From a virus (lineage: Duplodnaviria; Caudoviricetes), in the IMG/VR virus record IMGVR_UViG_3300028840_000561, positions 1-43,364 of that record: 43,364 nucleotides of DNA. One strand, 5' to 3'. Under the pieces are notes generated by a model that was not told where the DNA came from, made no database searches, and worked only from the letters and a program-made list of their open reading frames with translations. The number at the start of each line of letters is the position of its first letter. Position 1 is the first letter of the stretch. Made by a program: the position numbers and the translations under genes. Of the stretch, positions 9,145 to 18,814 are shown in pieces.

Positions 9145-10266
9145 GTGAACTTCTTAGAATTTCAGCAAGCTGTACTACACAGAGCAAGTCAAAGACCGAG
9201 TAGCGGTCATCGTTTGCAGCTTGTAAGAGAAGTAATCAACCAGACAATTAGAGATATCATCAATCGTCAGCAGGATTGGGAGTTTATGAAGCAAACTGCC
9301 CAAATTCTGTCTGAGGATGGTGAAGGAACCTACCCTCTACCTGAGAACTTTGGCTCTATTATTGGCCCTCAGTCAGTCAAGGTAGAAGATAGATGGTGTC
9401 AATTATTCCGTATTAGGGATATTGAAAGGTTCCAGGCAGATGAGAACACTGTCGAAACCCTTCGGAGATACAGGGCAACTATACATACCTTGACTGTTGC
9501 TCCGTTCGGTACTGGTGGTGCTGTCTATTGTACTTTTGGCTCTAAGAATGTAGTCGGTGTCGGAACTACTTTTGACACAAGATATGTAGGGCGTTACTTC
9601 AAGACAAAGAGGAACGGGCAACTATATAAAGTTGCAGATGTAGCAGACTCCACACACCTCTCTCTTCAACAGGAATATACTGGTCCTGCTAATGCAGGGC
9701 TTGTTACTATTCCTAGTGAAGACCTTACCATAGTCTACGGTAATCCGCACGTTACTAACTGGACGGAGGATATGACTGGTGAGAATATCCGTCTGGAAGG
9801 TACTACCACTGTACGGAAGATATCTGCTGTAGACCCACTTCGTCAGGTAATCACCTTAACTGCTGTAGCTGACCAAGCAGGTGCTGACCTAATGTACTCC
9901 ATCCAAGATGGGTATCAGGTTGACCCTCCTGGTAGGTATCAGCTAATTATCACTCCTACTCCAACTGAAGACGACCTGAACATCTCAGTAGACTTCAATG
10001 CTATACATACTGCGTTGACAGGTAACGATGATGTTCCTTTAATACCTGAGACATTCAGCAGCGTCATCATAGACGGCGCATCATATAGGTATAAGAGGAA
10101 TGATGGTTGGGATAGGGAAACCTATATAGATGAAAAGGGTGATTATGAGAACGGCATAGCTCACATGCTTATTAGTGAGGATGCTATGGGTGGTGGAATC
10201 TCTGACACTATAGAGCCAGATACTGCTAGGCTCAGGAAGAAGCGTAGGTATGGAACCAATGTCTGA
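9145..10266 (+). CDS. head-tail adaptor protein with two inserted beta domains
   Basis: helical N-terminus, WEFM..YPLPENF, C-terminal DDVPLIPE..IIDGA typical of podoviral adaptors. Confidence 0.7.
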   Translation: MNFLEFQQAVLHRASQRPSSGHRLQLVREVINQTIRDIINRQQDWEFMKQTAQILSEDGEGTYPLPENFGSIIGPQSVKVEDRWCQLFRIRDIERFQADENTVETLRRYRATIHTLTVAPFGTGGAVYCTFGSKNVVGVGTTFDTRYVGRYFKTKRNGQLYKVADVADSTHLSLQQEYTGPANAGLVTIPSEDLTIVYGNPHVTNWTEDMTGENIRLEGTTTVRKISAVDPLRQVITLTAVADQAGADLMYSIQDGYQVDPPGRYQLIITPTPTEDDLNISVDFNAIHTALTGNDDVPLIPETFSSVIIDGASYRYKRNDGWDRETYIDEKGDYENGIAHMLISEDAMGGGISDTIEPDTARLRKKRRYGTNV

Positions 10267-10549
10267 CATAGAACCTATCTCTAACGAGGACATTCGCAAG
10301 AGACTTGACATGCTGACTACTTCTACTATCACATGTCTTGTTCTGGTCATTAACTTGCAGAAAAGCTTTCAAGCAGTAGCTAAGTCTTTTGACCATGTTG
10401 TTGCAATGGTAGACCCTACTATGGCTGCTGATGCTGTAGAAGATATTAAGGGTATCCTTGATATCAAGAAGCATCAAGACCATATAAACGAGTGCTTGAG
10501 GCAGATTGATGCAATCTCTAAGAAAACTTTGCATGGGGAAAAGACATGA
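10250..10549 (+). CDS. hypothetical protein
   Basis: 99 aa, coupled to neighbours. Confidence 0.6.
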   Translation: MEPMSDIEPISNEDIRKRLDMLTTSTITCLVLVINLQKSFQAVAKSFDHVVAMVDPTMAADAVEDIKGILDIKKHQDHINECLRQIDAISKKTLHGEKT

Positions 10550-11517
10550 ATGGACTCTTCGTTAAAGATGAAGATGCCTATATCCCTACAGTAATGTATC
10601 TATTGGGAGTAAGGAAGGAAGGTCTGGTAGCTGCAGACCTAGAACTTGCTCGCCTTATTAGACCTACTGGTTCGGGTATAGACATTTCTCCACAGATTCA
10701 GATAGTATCTGCTGGCAATGGTGGCTATTTAGTTACTCTTTGTGGTACTTTAATTGCCACACTTGGTCAGCATACTCTCATGCTGTCAGGTTCTAACCTT
10801 GACGGTAAGGATATTGACTTCCAAGTTACCGACCTAGACTTTAATGACCTTAAAGCTAGACTGGCTCAACTGTCAGGTTCGCTTACAAGTCCAGGTGTTA
10901 ACGTAGCATCTCTTGCTACTGCAGCATCTGAGGATGTTGCTGACAAGGTATGGGATGAGCAGACTTCTGGACATGTTGCTGCAGGTAGCTTTGGTAAGCT
11001 CATGCAGGATATCTCAGCAGATGTTTGGACGGAAGCTACTCGTACACTGACGGCTCTTGGTGCTTCTACCATTGATAGCATTTGGGAGTATGACAAAGCT
11101 AATATCTCTGGTGCTAGTGCTATTGGCACACTTATCAAGGATGCTTTGACAGGTGGCGACCTTAGTACAATTACCACCCACCTTACTGACATTAAGGGTA
11201 CAGGCTTTGTCAAGGATACTCACAGTCTTGTACAGATACTCGTTGCCTCGCTGTCGGGTGCTGAGGGAGTTGGCATACCCAATACAGATATTGCCAAGGT
11301 TGTATCTGCTATTCTTGGTGAGGGTATCACACTTGCAGGAACTACTGTTGGTTCGGTAGGTCAGGCACTTGTACAAGCTAGGGCTAATTCAGTTGGCAAG
11401 TTAGACAAGGAAGATGCCAACAACCTTAAGCTGTACGATGAGGACAATGTAACTGAGGTTGCACACTTTACCCTTACTAACGATGGTGATGGTAATCCTA
11501 TCACAAGGAGTACATGA
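10546..11517 (+). CDS. putative virion structural protein
   Basis: 323 aa, Ala/Gly/Thr-rich with repeated ADxVW/SIWE segments. Confidence 0.55.
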   Translation: MNGLFVKDEDAYIPTVMYLLGVRKEGLVAADLELARLIRPTGSGIDISPQIQIVSAGNGGYLVTLCGTLIATLGQHTLMLSGSNLDGKDIDFQVTDLDFNDLKARLAQLSGSLTSPGVNVASLATAASEDVADKVWDEQTSGHVAAGSFGKLMQDISADVWTEATRTLTALGASTIDSIWEYDKANISGASAIGTLIKDALTGGDLSTITTHLTDIKGTGFVKDTHSLVQILVASLSGAEGVGIPNTDIAKVVSAILGEGITLAGTTVGSVGQALVQARANSVGKLDKEDANNLKLYDEDNVTEVAHFTLTNDGDGNPITRST

Positions 11518-11906
11518 TGCTTGATTGGATGGTAGCAAACAAAGAGGCAGTTACTGCTGTAGTGATAGCTATTATCAATGCTATCTGGGCTTTGCTTTCT
11601 AGGAAGACTGCTAAAAAGAATGGTGAGAAGGCAGTGAAGCATCAAACCAATGCAGGTGTTGCTATGGACTTTCTTAAGTCCATTATGAATACTTGGAGTG
11701 ATGACGATAAGAAGGAAGCAAAGGGTCAGTTGCATGATGCACAAAAGTTACAGGGTGTAAACGAAGAAGCAGAGGATACGTTAAGAGCTATCAATGCTGA
11801 CAGTGGTGGCAAGATAGATATTACTGCCGGTGGAGTTCTTGAAGATGGTAAGATTAAGCCTAGAGTCGGTCTTAACTTTGGATGGAAGTTTCCTGGGAGG
11901 GGATGA
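11514..11906 (+). CDS. membrane protein (holin- or spanin-like)
   Basis: N-terminal hydrophobic helix AVTAVVIAIINAIWALL then basic residues; C-terminal amphipathic beta-strand. Confidence 0.45.
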   Translation: MMLDWMVANKEAVTAVVIAIINAIWALLSRKTAKKNGEKAVKHQTNAGVAMDFLKSIMNTWSDDDKKEAKGQLHDAQKLQGVNEEAEDTLRAINADSGGKIDITAGGVLEDGKIKPRVGLNFGWKFPGRG

Positions 11907-12166
11907 TGGACTACCAAGCCTTAGCTGAGCTAGTAAAGTCAGTCGGTATAGGGGTAGCATCCTTTATCATTCTGATGTTGTTAGGCTTTAAGCTTGCTAA
12001 GATATTTGAGAAGTTTATTGACGGTGTACTTGAAAGGATGAGGGAGCAAACAAAGTCGATAGATACTCTCAATGACAAGCTTACCAAACAACATGAGATA
12101 GTGCAGGAAGCCCACACTTATCAACGTCAAGAGCATGCTCTGATGATGGAGAAGTTACAACAATGA
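11903..12166 (+). CDS. holin-like single-TM protein (BhlA-like layout)
   Basis: GGGAGG SD; TM VGIGVASFIILMLLGF followed by coiled coil. Confidence 0.5.
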   Translation: MMDYQALAELVKSVGIGVASFIILMLLGFKLAKIFEKFIDGVLERMREQTKSIDTLNDKLTKQHEIVQEAHTYQRQEHALMMEKLQQ

Positions 12167-12477
12167 ACATTGTAATTCAAGGTTGGAACTCTTCTAGTGA
12201 CTTCATTGTATTAGGCTATGCAGGACAGCCTACTACAGAGGAGACTACTAACGAAGAGTATTTTCATTCTAATACCTTGCGACATTCCAAGCCAGAAGAA
12301 ATACAGCTAGACTTCACTATTCCTTTAACTGATGGAGCAGGTGAAGTAGTAACTAGACTTCGTGGCCCAGGAAACTTTGGCATCTTTCGCAAGGCACACT
12401 TTGACAAGCCAGGATTCAAGGTGGAAATATTTCAAGATGCTGACTTGTCACAAAAAATTGCGGAGTTTAATAGCTAA
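12163..12477 (+). CDS. hypothetical protein
   Basis: coupled ORF. Confidence 0.65.
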   Translation: MNIVIQGWNSSSDFIVLGYAGQPTTEETTNEEYFHSNTLRHSKPEEIQLDFTIPLTDGAGEVVTRLRGPGNFGIFRKAHFDKPGFKVEIFQDADLSQKIAEFNS

Positions 12478-12872
12478 TGCCTACTCCACGTAAAGTACCT
12501 TGGGAAAAGCACGATGGTCAGTACGCAGGTGACTTCGATAAGCGAAAGGAAGTCCAAGTAACTATCGGTGCAGGTGGTGATGTAGACTTTGAGTATGAAG
12601 CAGCTAATGCCGTACTCTTCTACAGGATGTTGTTTGAAAACGCTTCTGCAAATGCTTGGACTGTTAAGTTGTTTGGTAAGGATGCACGTGCAGCAGCAGA
12701 TGAAATCTATAGTACGCTATCAAGGACTGGTGACTATACCTATAACCAGAATGGTAATGTCGGTCCTATCGTCTATGTAGACGAAGATGGTGGCAATATA
12801 GTTCGTGGTACTGCCTACGGTACTGCGGGTGACGTTATTGATATGACTTTTGACCAGATAAGGAGTCCATAA
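12477..12872 (+). CDS. hypothetical beta-rich virion protein
   Basis: coupled ORF with GGAG SD. Confidence 0.6.
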   Translation: MPTPRKVPWEKHDGQYAGDFDKRKEVQVTIGAGGDVDFEYEAANAVLFYRMLFENASANAWTVKLFGKDARAAADEIYSTLSRTGDYTYNQNGNVGPIVYVDEDGGNIVRGTAYGTAGDVIDMTFDQIRSP

Positions 12873-13327
12873 TGTATCAAGAATTTCGTACTCACGACCA
12901 TTATCAGCTTGTGTGGAACCAGATTCCTAATAGCTTTGCAGACCCTGACGCAGTAACTTATATACGTTTGGGTGGACAGAACAAGAGTTTCAGTGCTGCT
13001 GAGATTCTCGCAGGCTTTAAGTTTGCAGCAGAGGGTGATACTCCATACAACGCTCTCTCCTTTGAGCCTGTGTGGACTCCTAGTGCCGTGACTACTCTCA
13101 GTATTATCGTACTTGCTATGACTCGCAATGGTGCATTTAAGCAGATTGCTGTTGGAGAAGCTACTGCTGCTAGTGGTTTACGTCCTCAGTATGGGTTGCA
13201 GTTTGACCTTACTTCTGCTATCATTACTGAGTTTGCTAAGTGCATGGAGAACATGATTAAGGTACAGGTAAAAGGTAATGTAGCAGGTGACAGTCTTACC
13301 CTGTATCCTACGTTTGGGAGTGTGTAA
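12872..13327 (+). CDS. hypothetical beta-rich virion protein
   Basis: coupled ORF with AGGAG SD. Confidence 0.6.
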   Translation: MYQEFRTHDHYQLVWNQIPNSFADPDAVTYIRLGGQNKSFSAAEILAGFKFAAEGDTPYNALSFEPVWTPSAVTTLSIIVLAMTRNGAFKQIAVGEATAASGLRPQYGLQFDLTSAIITEFAKCMENMIKVQVKGNVAGDSLTLYPTFGSV

Positions 13328-13328
13328 T

Positions 13329-13895
13329 ATGAGCAATGCTATTCTTAAGTTCTTGTTTGGTGAGTCTACAAGTGGCTTACTAGGCAATAACAACTCTCAC
13401 GACTATAGACTTGCAGAGGTAGAGCGTCACTTCCATTCCTATGAGTCTTGGTTCGGTGCAGCAGCTAGTCCTTCAGGAGAAACTCATATAGCTGACCGCA
13501 TTGATGCAGGTATCGACCCACTGCAGATTGATGCAGGTACTGATGACTGGGGTTCATGGACTCAGATACTTGGCTCAAGTGACACACCAGCTAGGGATAC
13601 AAACCCTAAGTTTGAGCTACACCGTTTGTCTGTTGTCGAAGTTGAGAATGCAGGTGCTGAGCATTTCTTGCAAATAGCATTTGGTGCAACTGGTGCAGGA
13701 GCTTACTCAGCAGGTGATTTTACTGAGACTGTATTCTTTCCCGTAAATGCTACACCTAACGACTTGCCTCCTGTTATTGAGTTGCAATGTCGTAGGGTTG
13801 CAGCAGCGACTAAGGTATGGGCGCGGCTGTTTGTGGATGGTGCAGCTACTTCTACTATGGATTTCTTTCTAGGTATACACGAATACGAGGGGTAA
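13329..13895 (+). CDS. hypothetical virion protein
   Basis: GGGAG SD before ATG 13329. Confidence 0.6.
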   Translation: MSNAILKFLFGESTSGLLGNNNSHDYRLAEVERHFHSYESWFGAAASPSGETHIADRIDAGIDPLQIDAGTDDWGSWTQILGSSDTPARDTNPKFELHRLSVVEVENAGAEHFLQIAFGATGAGAYSAGDFTETVFFPVNATPNDLPPVIELQCRRVAAATKVWARLFVDGAATSTMDFFLGIHEYEG

Positions 13896-13899
13896 CAAG

Positions 13900-14649
13900 A
13901 TGGACGAATTAGTCTGTAAAATTGGGGATACCCCACAAAAAGATGGCTACAAGGATGGTGACATCATTGAAGCTTTTACTGAGAAGCGTACTCTTGTATC
14001 TCACGCTGAGACTATCTTGAATCCGTGGGATGCTGACAAGAATGACAGTGGGTTTCTTGATATTAACTCACATTCTCACAAGATGTACAGCAAGACCAAG
14101 CAGTATCGCTTTGAGTATGTAGTTGACAAGGTATTCCGTTATAACCAGTTTGAGAACGACAAGCAGGAAGATGTAACTAGCCAGATTGATATTAAGAAGT
14201 TTATTGCTAGGCGTATCTTTACTTTCTGTCGTCCTGGTAGAAATGGCTTGCCTATGTTTGGTACAAGAATCCTTCCTGTCTGGTTTGGTGGTAAGACAAA
14301 TTGGGATAAGTTGGATGATGTATGGAATGACATAGAAACTCATGTTGGCAAGTTAAAGGAAGACCATAAGAAGTGGGGTCTTACTTCCAACGAGCTTAAA
14401 CTGTTTATGGCTCTCCCATGTACTGGTCTTACTGAGGAAAAGGCTGCTGCATACAAGGAACCTATGTATCAAGACCCTAGTGCTGAGAATCTAGTTATTA
14501 CTAAGAAACGCAAACATTCTATCCCTAGGGATAATCTGCCTCTTATCTCTGCACCTACTTACGATAGTGTATTAGATGTGAGTGTAGAGGTAGACCTTCG
14601 TAAGCATACTCCGTACAATCCTACTGATATCGTTGTGGAGAAAAAATAA
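13900..14649 (+). CDS. hypothetical protein
   Basis: 249 aa, GAGGGG SD; directly precedes the spike genes. Confidence 0.7.
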   Translation: MDELVCKIGDTPQKDGYKDGDIIEAFTEKRTLVSHAETILNPWDADKNDSGFLDINSHSHKMYSKTKQYRFEYVVDKVFRYNQFENDKQEDVTSQIDIKKFIARRIFTFCRPGRNGLPMFGTRILPVWFGGKTNWDKLDDVWNDIETHVGKLKEDHKKWGLTSNELKLFMALPCTGLTEEKAAAYKEPMYQDPSAENLVITKKRKHSIPRDNLPLISAPTYDSVLDVSVEVDLRKHTPYNPTDIVVEKK

Positions 14650-15756
14650 ATGGCTCTCATTACTAAGTCAATCGGTACTACTGCCAGAGACTATAGCACG
14701 ATTACTCTATGGGAAGCAGCGTTAGGTGGTGCTGCCGGTGGCGCGGGTAATGACGCCCTTGGTGAGTGCTACAATGATAGCGTATTCGATGAGAATCCAG
14801 TCATAAACGATACAACTCCTGACAGCATAACGCTGTCTGTTGCATCTGGCGAACGTCACGATGGTACAGCCGGTAGTGGCGCACGGATTAATTCATCTAC
14901 CGTGCCTACCAGTGTTATATATGGGACTTCTACGAAAGAGACGATTGTTGAGTGGTTGGAGGTTACTGCTGCTTCCGGCACAGACAGTCTCAGTTCTGGC
15001 GGCATCGCTTTTTCGGTGAGTGTTGGTGAAACATTTACAGCAAGATACAACCTGGTACATGACATTGACGATGCTTGCGCTTCCGGTATTGCTATACAAG
15101 GTGCAGATGCAACTAATGGTGCTAATGTATTCGACAACATAGTCTACCGTATCAGACGCACGGTTAATTCTTCGCGAGACAAGTTCGGTATCCGCGCCCA
15201 AACTGCTCGACCAGTAGGAGTCTACAATAATACGGTTTACGGAGTAGCACACACAAATGCTCTTGCATCTGGTAATGCAACCGGAATCTATGTCAGTGAT
15301 AATGCAGGTAAGGACAACAGAAACAATATCGCTATGGGTACTACCGTTGCCGGTAGCGGTGCTGCGAATGATTTTGACCCGACAAGCCCAAGCAATACAA
15401 CGGCAGGATACAATATGTCGTCTGATGCAACTGCGTCCGATGATGGTGTAACAGACAATGTTTTAATTAACAAAACTTCGTCAGACCAGTTCGTTTCGAT
15501 TGCCGTTGGTTCAGAAGACTTGCATCTCAAAAACTACTCTGACGCTATCGATACTGCTACTGATTTGGGTACAACTCCGTCTGGTGTCGAGATTGACATC
15601 AATGGTCGTGACCGTGACGCACAAGGTGACACTTGGGACATAGGTGCTCATGAAAAAGTTGGTGGTGTTCCGCCTTCCGGTGGTGACGGTGCAGGAAGTA
15701 GGGTTGCCAGTCGTGCAGGTAGCAGGTTCGATAACAGATTTTTGGAAAGAGTCTAA
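14650..15756 (+). CDS. right-handed beta-helix tailspike-like protein 1
   Basis: repeating ARYNLVH/VFDNIVY/VYNNTVY/NRNNIA rungs; DLHL..AID..DING..WDIGAHE C-terminal motif. Confidence 0.7.
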   Translation: MALITKSIGTTARDYSTITLWEAALGGAAGGAGNDALGECYNDSVFDENPVINDTTPDSITLSVASGERHDGTAGSGARINSSTVPTSVIYGTSTKETIVEWLEVTAASGTDSLSSGGIAFSVSVGETFTARYNLVHDIDDACASGIAIQGADATNGANVFDNIVYRIRRTVNSSRDKFGIRAQTARPVGVYNNTVYGVAHTNALASGNATGIYVSDNAGKDNRNNIAMGTTVAGSGAANDFDPTSPSNTTAGYNMSSDATASDDGVTDNVLINKTSSDQFVSIAVGSEDLHLKNYSDAIDTATDLGTTPSGVEIDINGRDRDAQGDTWDIGAHEKVGGVPPSGGDGAGSRVASRAGSRFDNRFLERV

Positions 15757-16937
15757 TGGCAACTATCACTAAGACAATATCCAAGAATGATAACCTTAGT
15801 CCAGATGCTGAAACGATACAAGAAGCATTTGACCTATGTCTGGATGACGGTAACGATTACGACTTACAGATACTTGACACTGCAACGTATACTGAGCAGG
15901 CTGAGTTGGCTGCTCGTACTTCTGGTGGAACTGTCCATCTCAGGTCTACTGTCTATAGTCGTAACGCCCGTCCTATTGTTACGATTTCTGGTGTTGATGG
16001 TAATCTCCTTACTCTCAAAGCTGACCACAAAGTAACTGGTATACACTTTGTATACGATGAGAACGTACAAGGTGATGCTTACCGAAGATGCGTATATGTA
16101 CCTACTGGATTTGCAGAGTACTCAGAGGTATATGATTGCATCTTTGACATGGGTGGTAGATACCTGTGGGATGCAGGGCCACCTAGCAGGGAGTTTGGGC
16201 ACTGTGGTTATTTTTCTGAATGGGAAGTAGATGAAGTATACGTCTACAACAATGTGTTCAGAAGGTGTGGCTACATAGGTTGCAGAGTAGACCCTGCATC
16301 TGGCGATACCTTTAAGATATACAACAACACATTTGTTAAGTGCCAGGAAGGTATAACCGTAGAAACTGGTAACTTAGCCAATGGGTCTATCTACAATAAC
16401 ATTTTTGATATGGACCCTGACTTCTCACCAGACTGCAATAACTTCTATGCTATATTCGTACATGATACGAACATAGACCCTGATGACTTTGCATTGCTAG
16501 ATTACAACCTGTACTACTTTAGGAACTCTGGTCTAGCTCTGACAACTTGGGTATACTGGTCAAGAGGTGGTTCGGACTACAAGTATGAGAGATTGGCTGA
16601 CTTACAAGCTGCACATTCTGTAGAAGCTAATGGTATTGAACAGCAGCCTATGTTTTGTACCTACTGTGCAGACTATCATCTTAAGCCTAGCTCTCCCTGC
16701 ATAGGTGCGGGTACTGCTGCCGGTGCTCCTAGTGGTGATGGTGATGGAGAGACTAGACCTACTCCACCTGCTATTGGAGCTTACGAAGGATTGTGTGAAA
16801 GTGCAATAGGTGTTCAGATTGACAAGAAACAAAATGACACTTACTGGGTACGAGTATCTGCTGTGAATACCAAGCAGAGAACAGGTGAAAGTGAAGTAAG
16901 TGGTCGTGTAAACCTTAAGTATCTGAGGTGGCTCTAA
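15756..16937 (+). CDS. right-handed beta-helix tailspike-like protein 2
   Basis: VYDCIF/VYNNVF/IYNNTF/IYNNIF rungs; DYNLY, DYHLKPSSPCIGAG, IGAYE. Confidence 0.7.
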   Translation: MATITKTISKNDNLSPDAETIQEAFDLCLDDGNDYDLQILDTATYTEQAELAARTSGGTVHLRSTVYSRNARPIVTISGVDGNLLTLKADHKVTGIHFVYDENVQGDAYRRCVYVPTGFAEYSEVYDCIFDMGGRYLWDAGPPSREFGHCGYFSEWEVDEVYVYNNVFRRCGYIGCRVDPASGDTFKIYNNTFVKCQEGITVETGNLANGSIYNNIFDMDPDFSPDCNNFYAIFVHDTNIDPDDFALLDYNLYYFRNSGLALTTWVYWSRGGSDYKYERLADLQAAHSVEANGIEQQPMFCTYCADYHLKPSSPCIGAGTAAGAPSGDGDGETRPTPPAIGAYEGLCESAIGVQIDKKQNDTYWVRVSAVNTKQRTGESEVSGRVNLKYLRWL

Positions 16938-18814
16938 TGCCTAAGAATAGAATACCTATAGAGATTACAGACTTCAAGGGTCTTAACGATGTCTCTTCTA
17001 CTGGTATAGGTATCAATGAGTTCTCTAGCGGTAAGAACTTTCGCATTACCAGAGATGGTCATGTTGCTCGTTCAAAGGGAACACGTAAGGTATTTGCAGG
17101 ACACGGACTTGATACCTTAACTGACCTGTACTACCATGATGATATAACTGACAAGATTCTATTGTTTGGTATCCTGTCTGGTGACTATAAGACTAAGGTA
17201 TGGGCAAATGGTTCTTGGGATGATATTCGTCGTGGAGTACTTGTCAAGACTACGATAGATGATGACACTACAGACAAGACAATTATCTATCTCATGGATA
17301 CCAAGCAGTTCAGTGTTGGTGATACAGTAGAGGTTAGGGATGAAGATAATGAGTACTCAAGAACTATAACCGAAGTTAACATTGACAACATTGTAGTCAA
17401 TACTGATGTTGCTTCTTTGGATATCACCAAGACAGCTTATGTAGCAAATGTGAGTGATGATGCTTATGATGGCTTGCATAGTGGCAAGCTTATGCACTTC
17501 ATCTCTTACCTTAAAACTCCTGTATGGTCTAACGGTGCAGACGTTCTTTATCTGTCTAGCTATTCAAAGGGAACTCATACTGATGCTTATATAGCTCTCA
17601 GTATCAACGAGTACAATCTTAAGGAATGGCTTGAGCAGGGTGGTGACGCTGCAGAGTATGCCAACATAGTAGGTACTGACATGGCTGTACAACATAACAG
17701 GCTATGGCTACTTGGTACTGGTAACAATTCTAATGTTGCCTTCTACACTAGAAGGTTCAGCATGTTATTCCAAGACATAGGAATTGGTAATGCACCATTC
17801 ACTCAGTACATACCTGTCGGTGGCGACCAGTCAGGTGTTGGTTCTACTGAAGACAGAACTGTGGCTATCGTTCCTGTTGGTAACACCTCACTTATTCTCA
17901 AGGGTAGGAGTTCTCATGTTGTCGTTGGTCGTTCTCGAATACAGTTTGAAGCTCAACAAGTTAATGCTAGTATAGGATGTGTAGCTCCCTATGCTGTCAA
18001 GCTAACCAAGGTAGGAGTATTCTTCTTTGATGGTGAGTCTATCAGACTGTTTAACGGCAATCAGTTTATTAGGATTTCTGGACTCAGGGTAGAAAATACC
18101 CTTAAGAACAGAGCAGAAGCAGGTGCTAGAATGGTAGCAGAATATGTGGATGACCGCTACTATGTGCTCTCTCTAAGTTCTAGTGACGGTGATGACAATG
18201 CAGGTACAGTTCTCAGGTTTGACATAGACACTACTACATGGTCTATTGAGGATGAAGGCTATATTGGAATGACTCGCTCTAGGAATGCTACCTATGCTAT
18301 AGACAACGGTGGAGAGGAACTTATCCAGACCGAGCAAGGCTTTCGCAGACTTATGGAGGAAGACTCTTCTGGTGGCAACCAGTATGCGTTTGAAGTACAG
18401 AGTGGGTTCATTGATACAGGTAGCAAGTCAGTTGAGAACATTTGGGCAGAAGCTAACGTGTTTGTCTATACTCCAGAGGAAACTATACCTATGGAAGTTA
18501 ACATAGATGGTTTCAAGGATGTAATTCTTAATGACTCTATAGACCCACGTAGCAGATATGGAAAGACTATGTTCGCAGGTGCAGGTGGAAGTCCTAGTCA
18601 GGATGCTAATTATGGCAATCAGGCTCTGGCTAGATATAAGGTTGGAGAGTTTGACTCTATTCCTTTATATACGCTTCAATACCTGTTGCCACTTGAGGGC
18701 AGAGGTTATACACTATCTTACAAGTTAAGTAAGACATCCGATTTTGATATTCAGATAGAGCGTGTTGTCTTCTACGTAAGAAGGCTGAACACTTTCTCAC
18801 AGGAGCGTGAATAA
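16937..18814 (+). CDS. tail tubular/nozzle-like (P22 gp10-type) protein
   Basis: DFKGLN start, WSNG, HNRLW, IGCVAPYAV, GVFFFDGESIRLFNG beta-propeller-like motifs. Confidence 0.7.
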   Translation: MPKNRIPIEITDFKGLNDVSSTGIGINEFSSGKNFRITRDGHVARSKGTRKVFAGHGLDTLTDLYYHDDITDKILLFGILSGDYKTKVWANGSWDDIRRGVLVKTTIDDDTTDKTIIYLMDTKQFSVGDTVEVRDEDNEYSRTITEVNIDNIVVNTDVASLDITKTAYVANVSDDAYDGLHSGKLMHFISYLKTPVWSNGADVLYLSSYSKGTHTDAYIALSINEYNLKEWLEQGGDAAEYANIVGTDMAVQHNRLWLLGTGNNSNVAFYTRRFSMLFQDIGIGNAPFTQYIPVGGDQSGVGSTEDRTVAIVPVGNTSLILKGRSSHVVVGRSRIQFEAQQVNASIGCVAPYAVKLTKVGVFFFDGESIRLFNGNQFIRISGLRVENTLKNRAEAGARMVAEYVDDRYYVLSLSSSDGDDNAGTVLRFDIDTTTWSIEDEGYIGMTRSRNATYAIDNGGEELIQTEQGFRRLMEEDSSGGNQYAFEVQSGFIDTGSKSVENIWAEANVFVYTPEETIPMEVNIDGFKDVILNDSIDPRSRYGKTMFAGAGGSPSQDANYGNQALARYKVGEFDSIPLYTLQYLLPLEGRGYTLSYKLSKTSDFDIQIERVVFYVRRLNTFSQERE

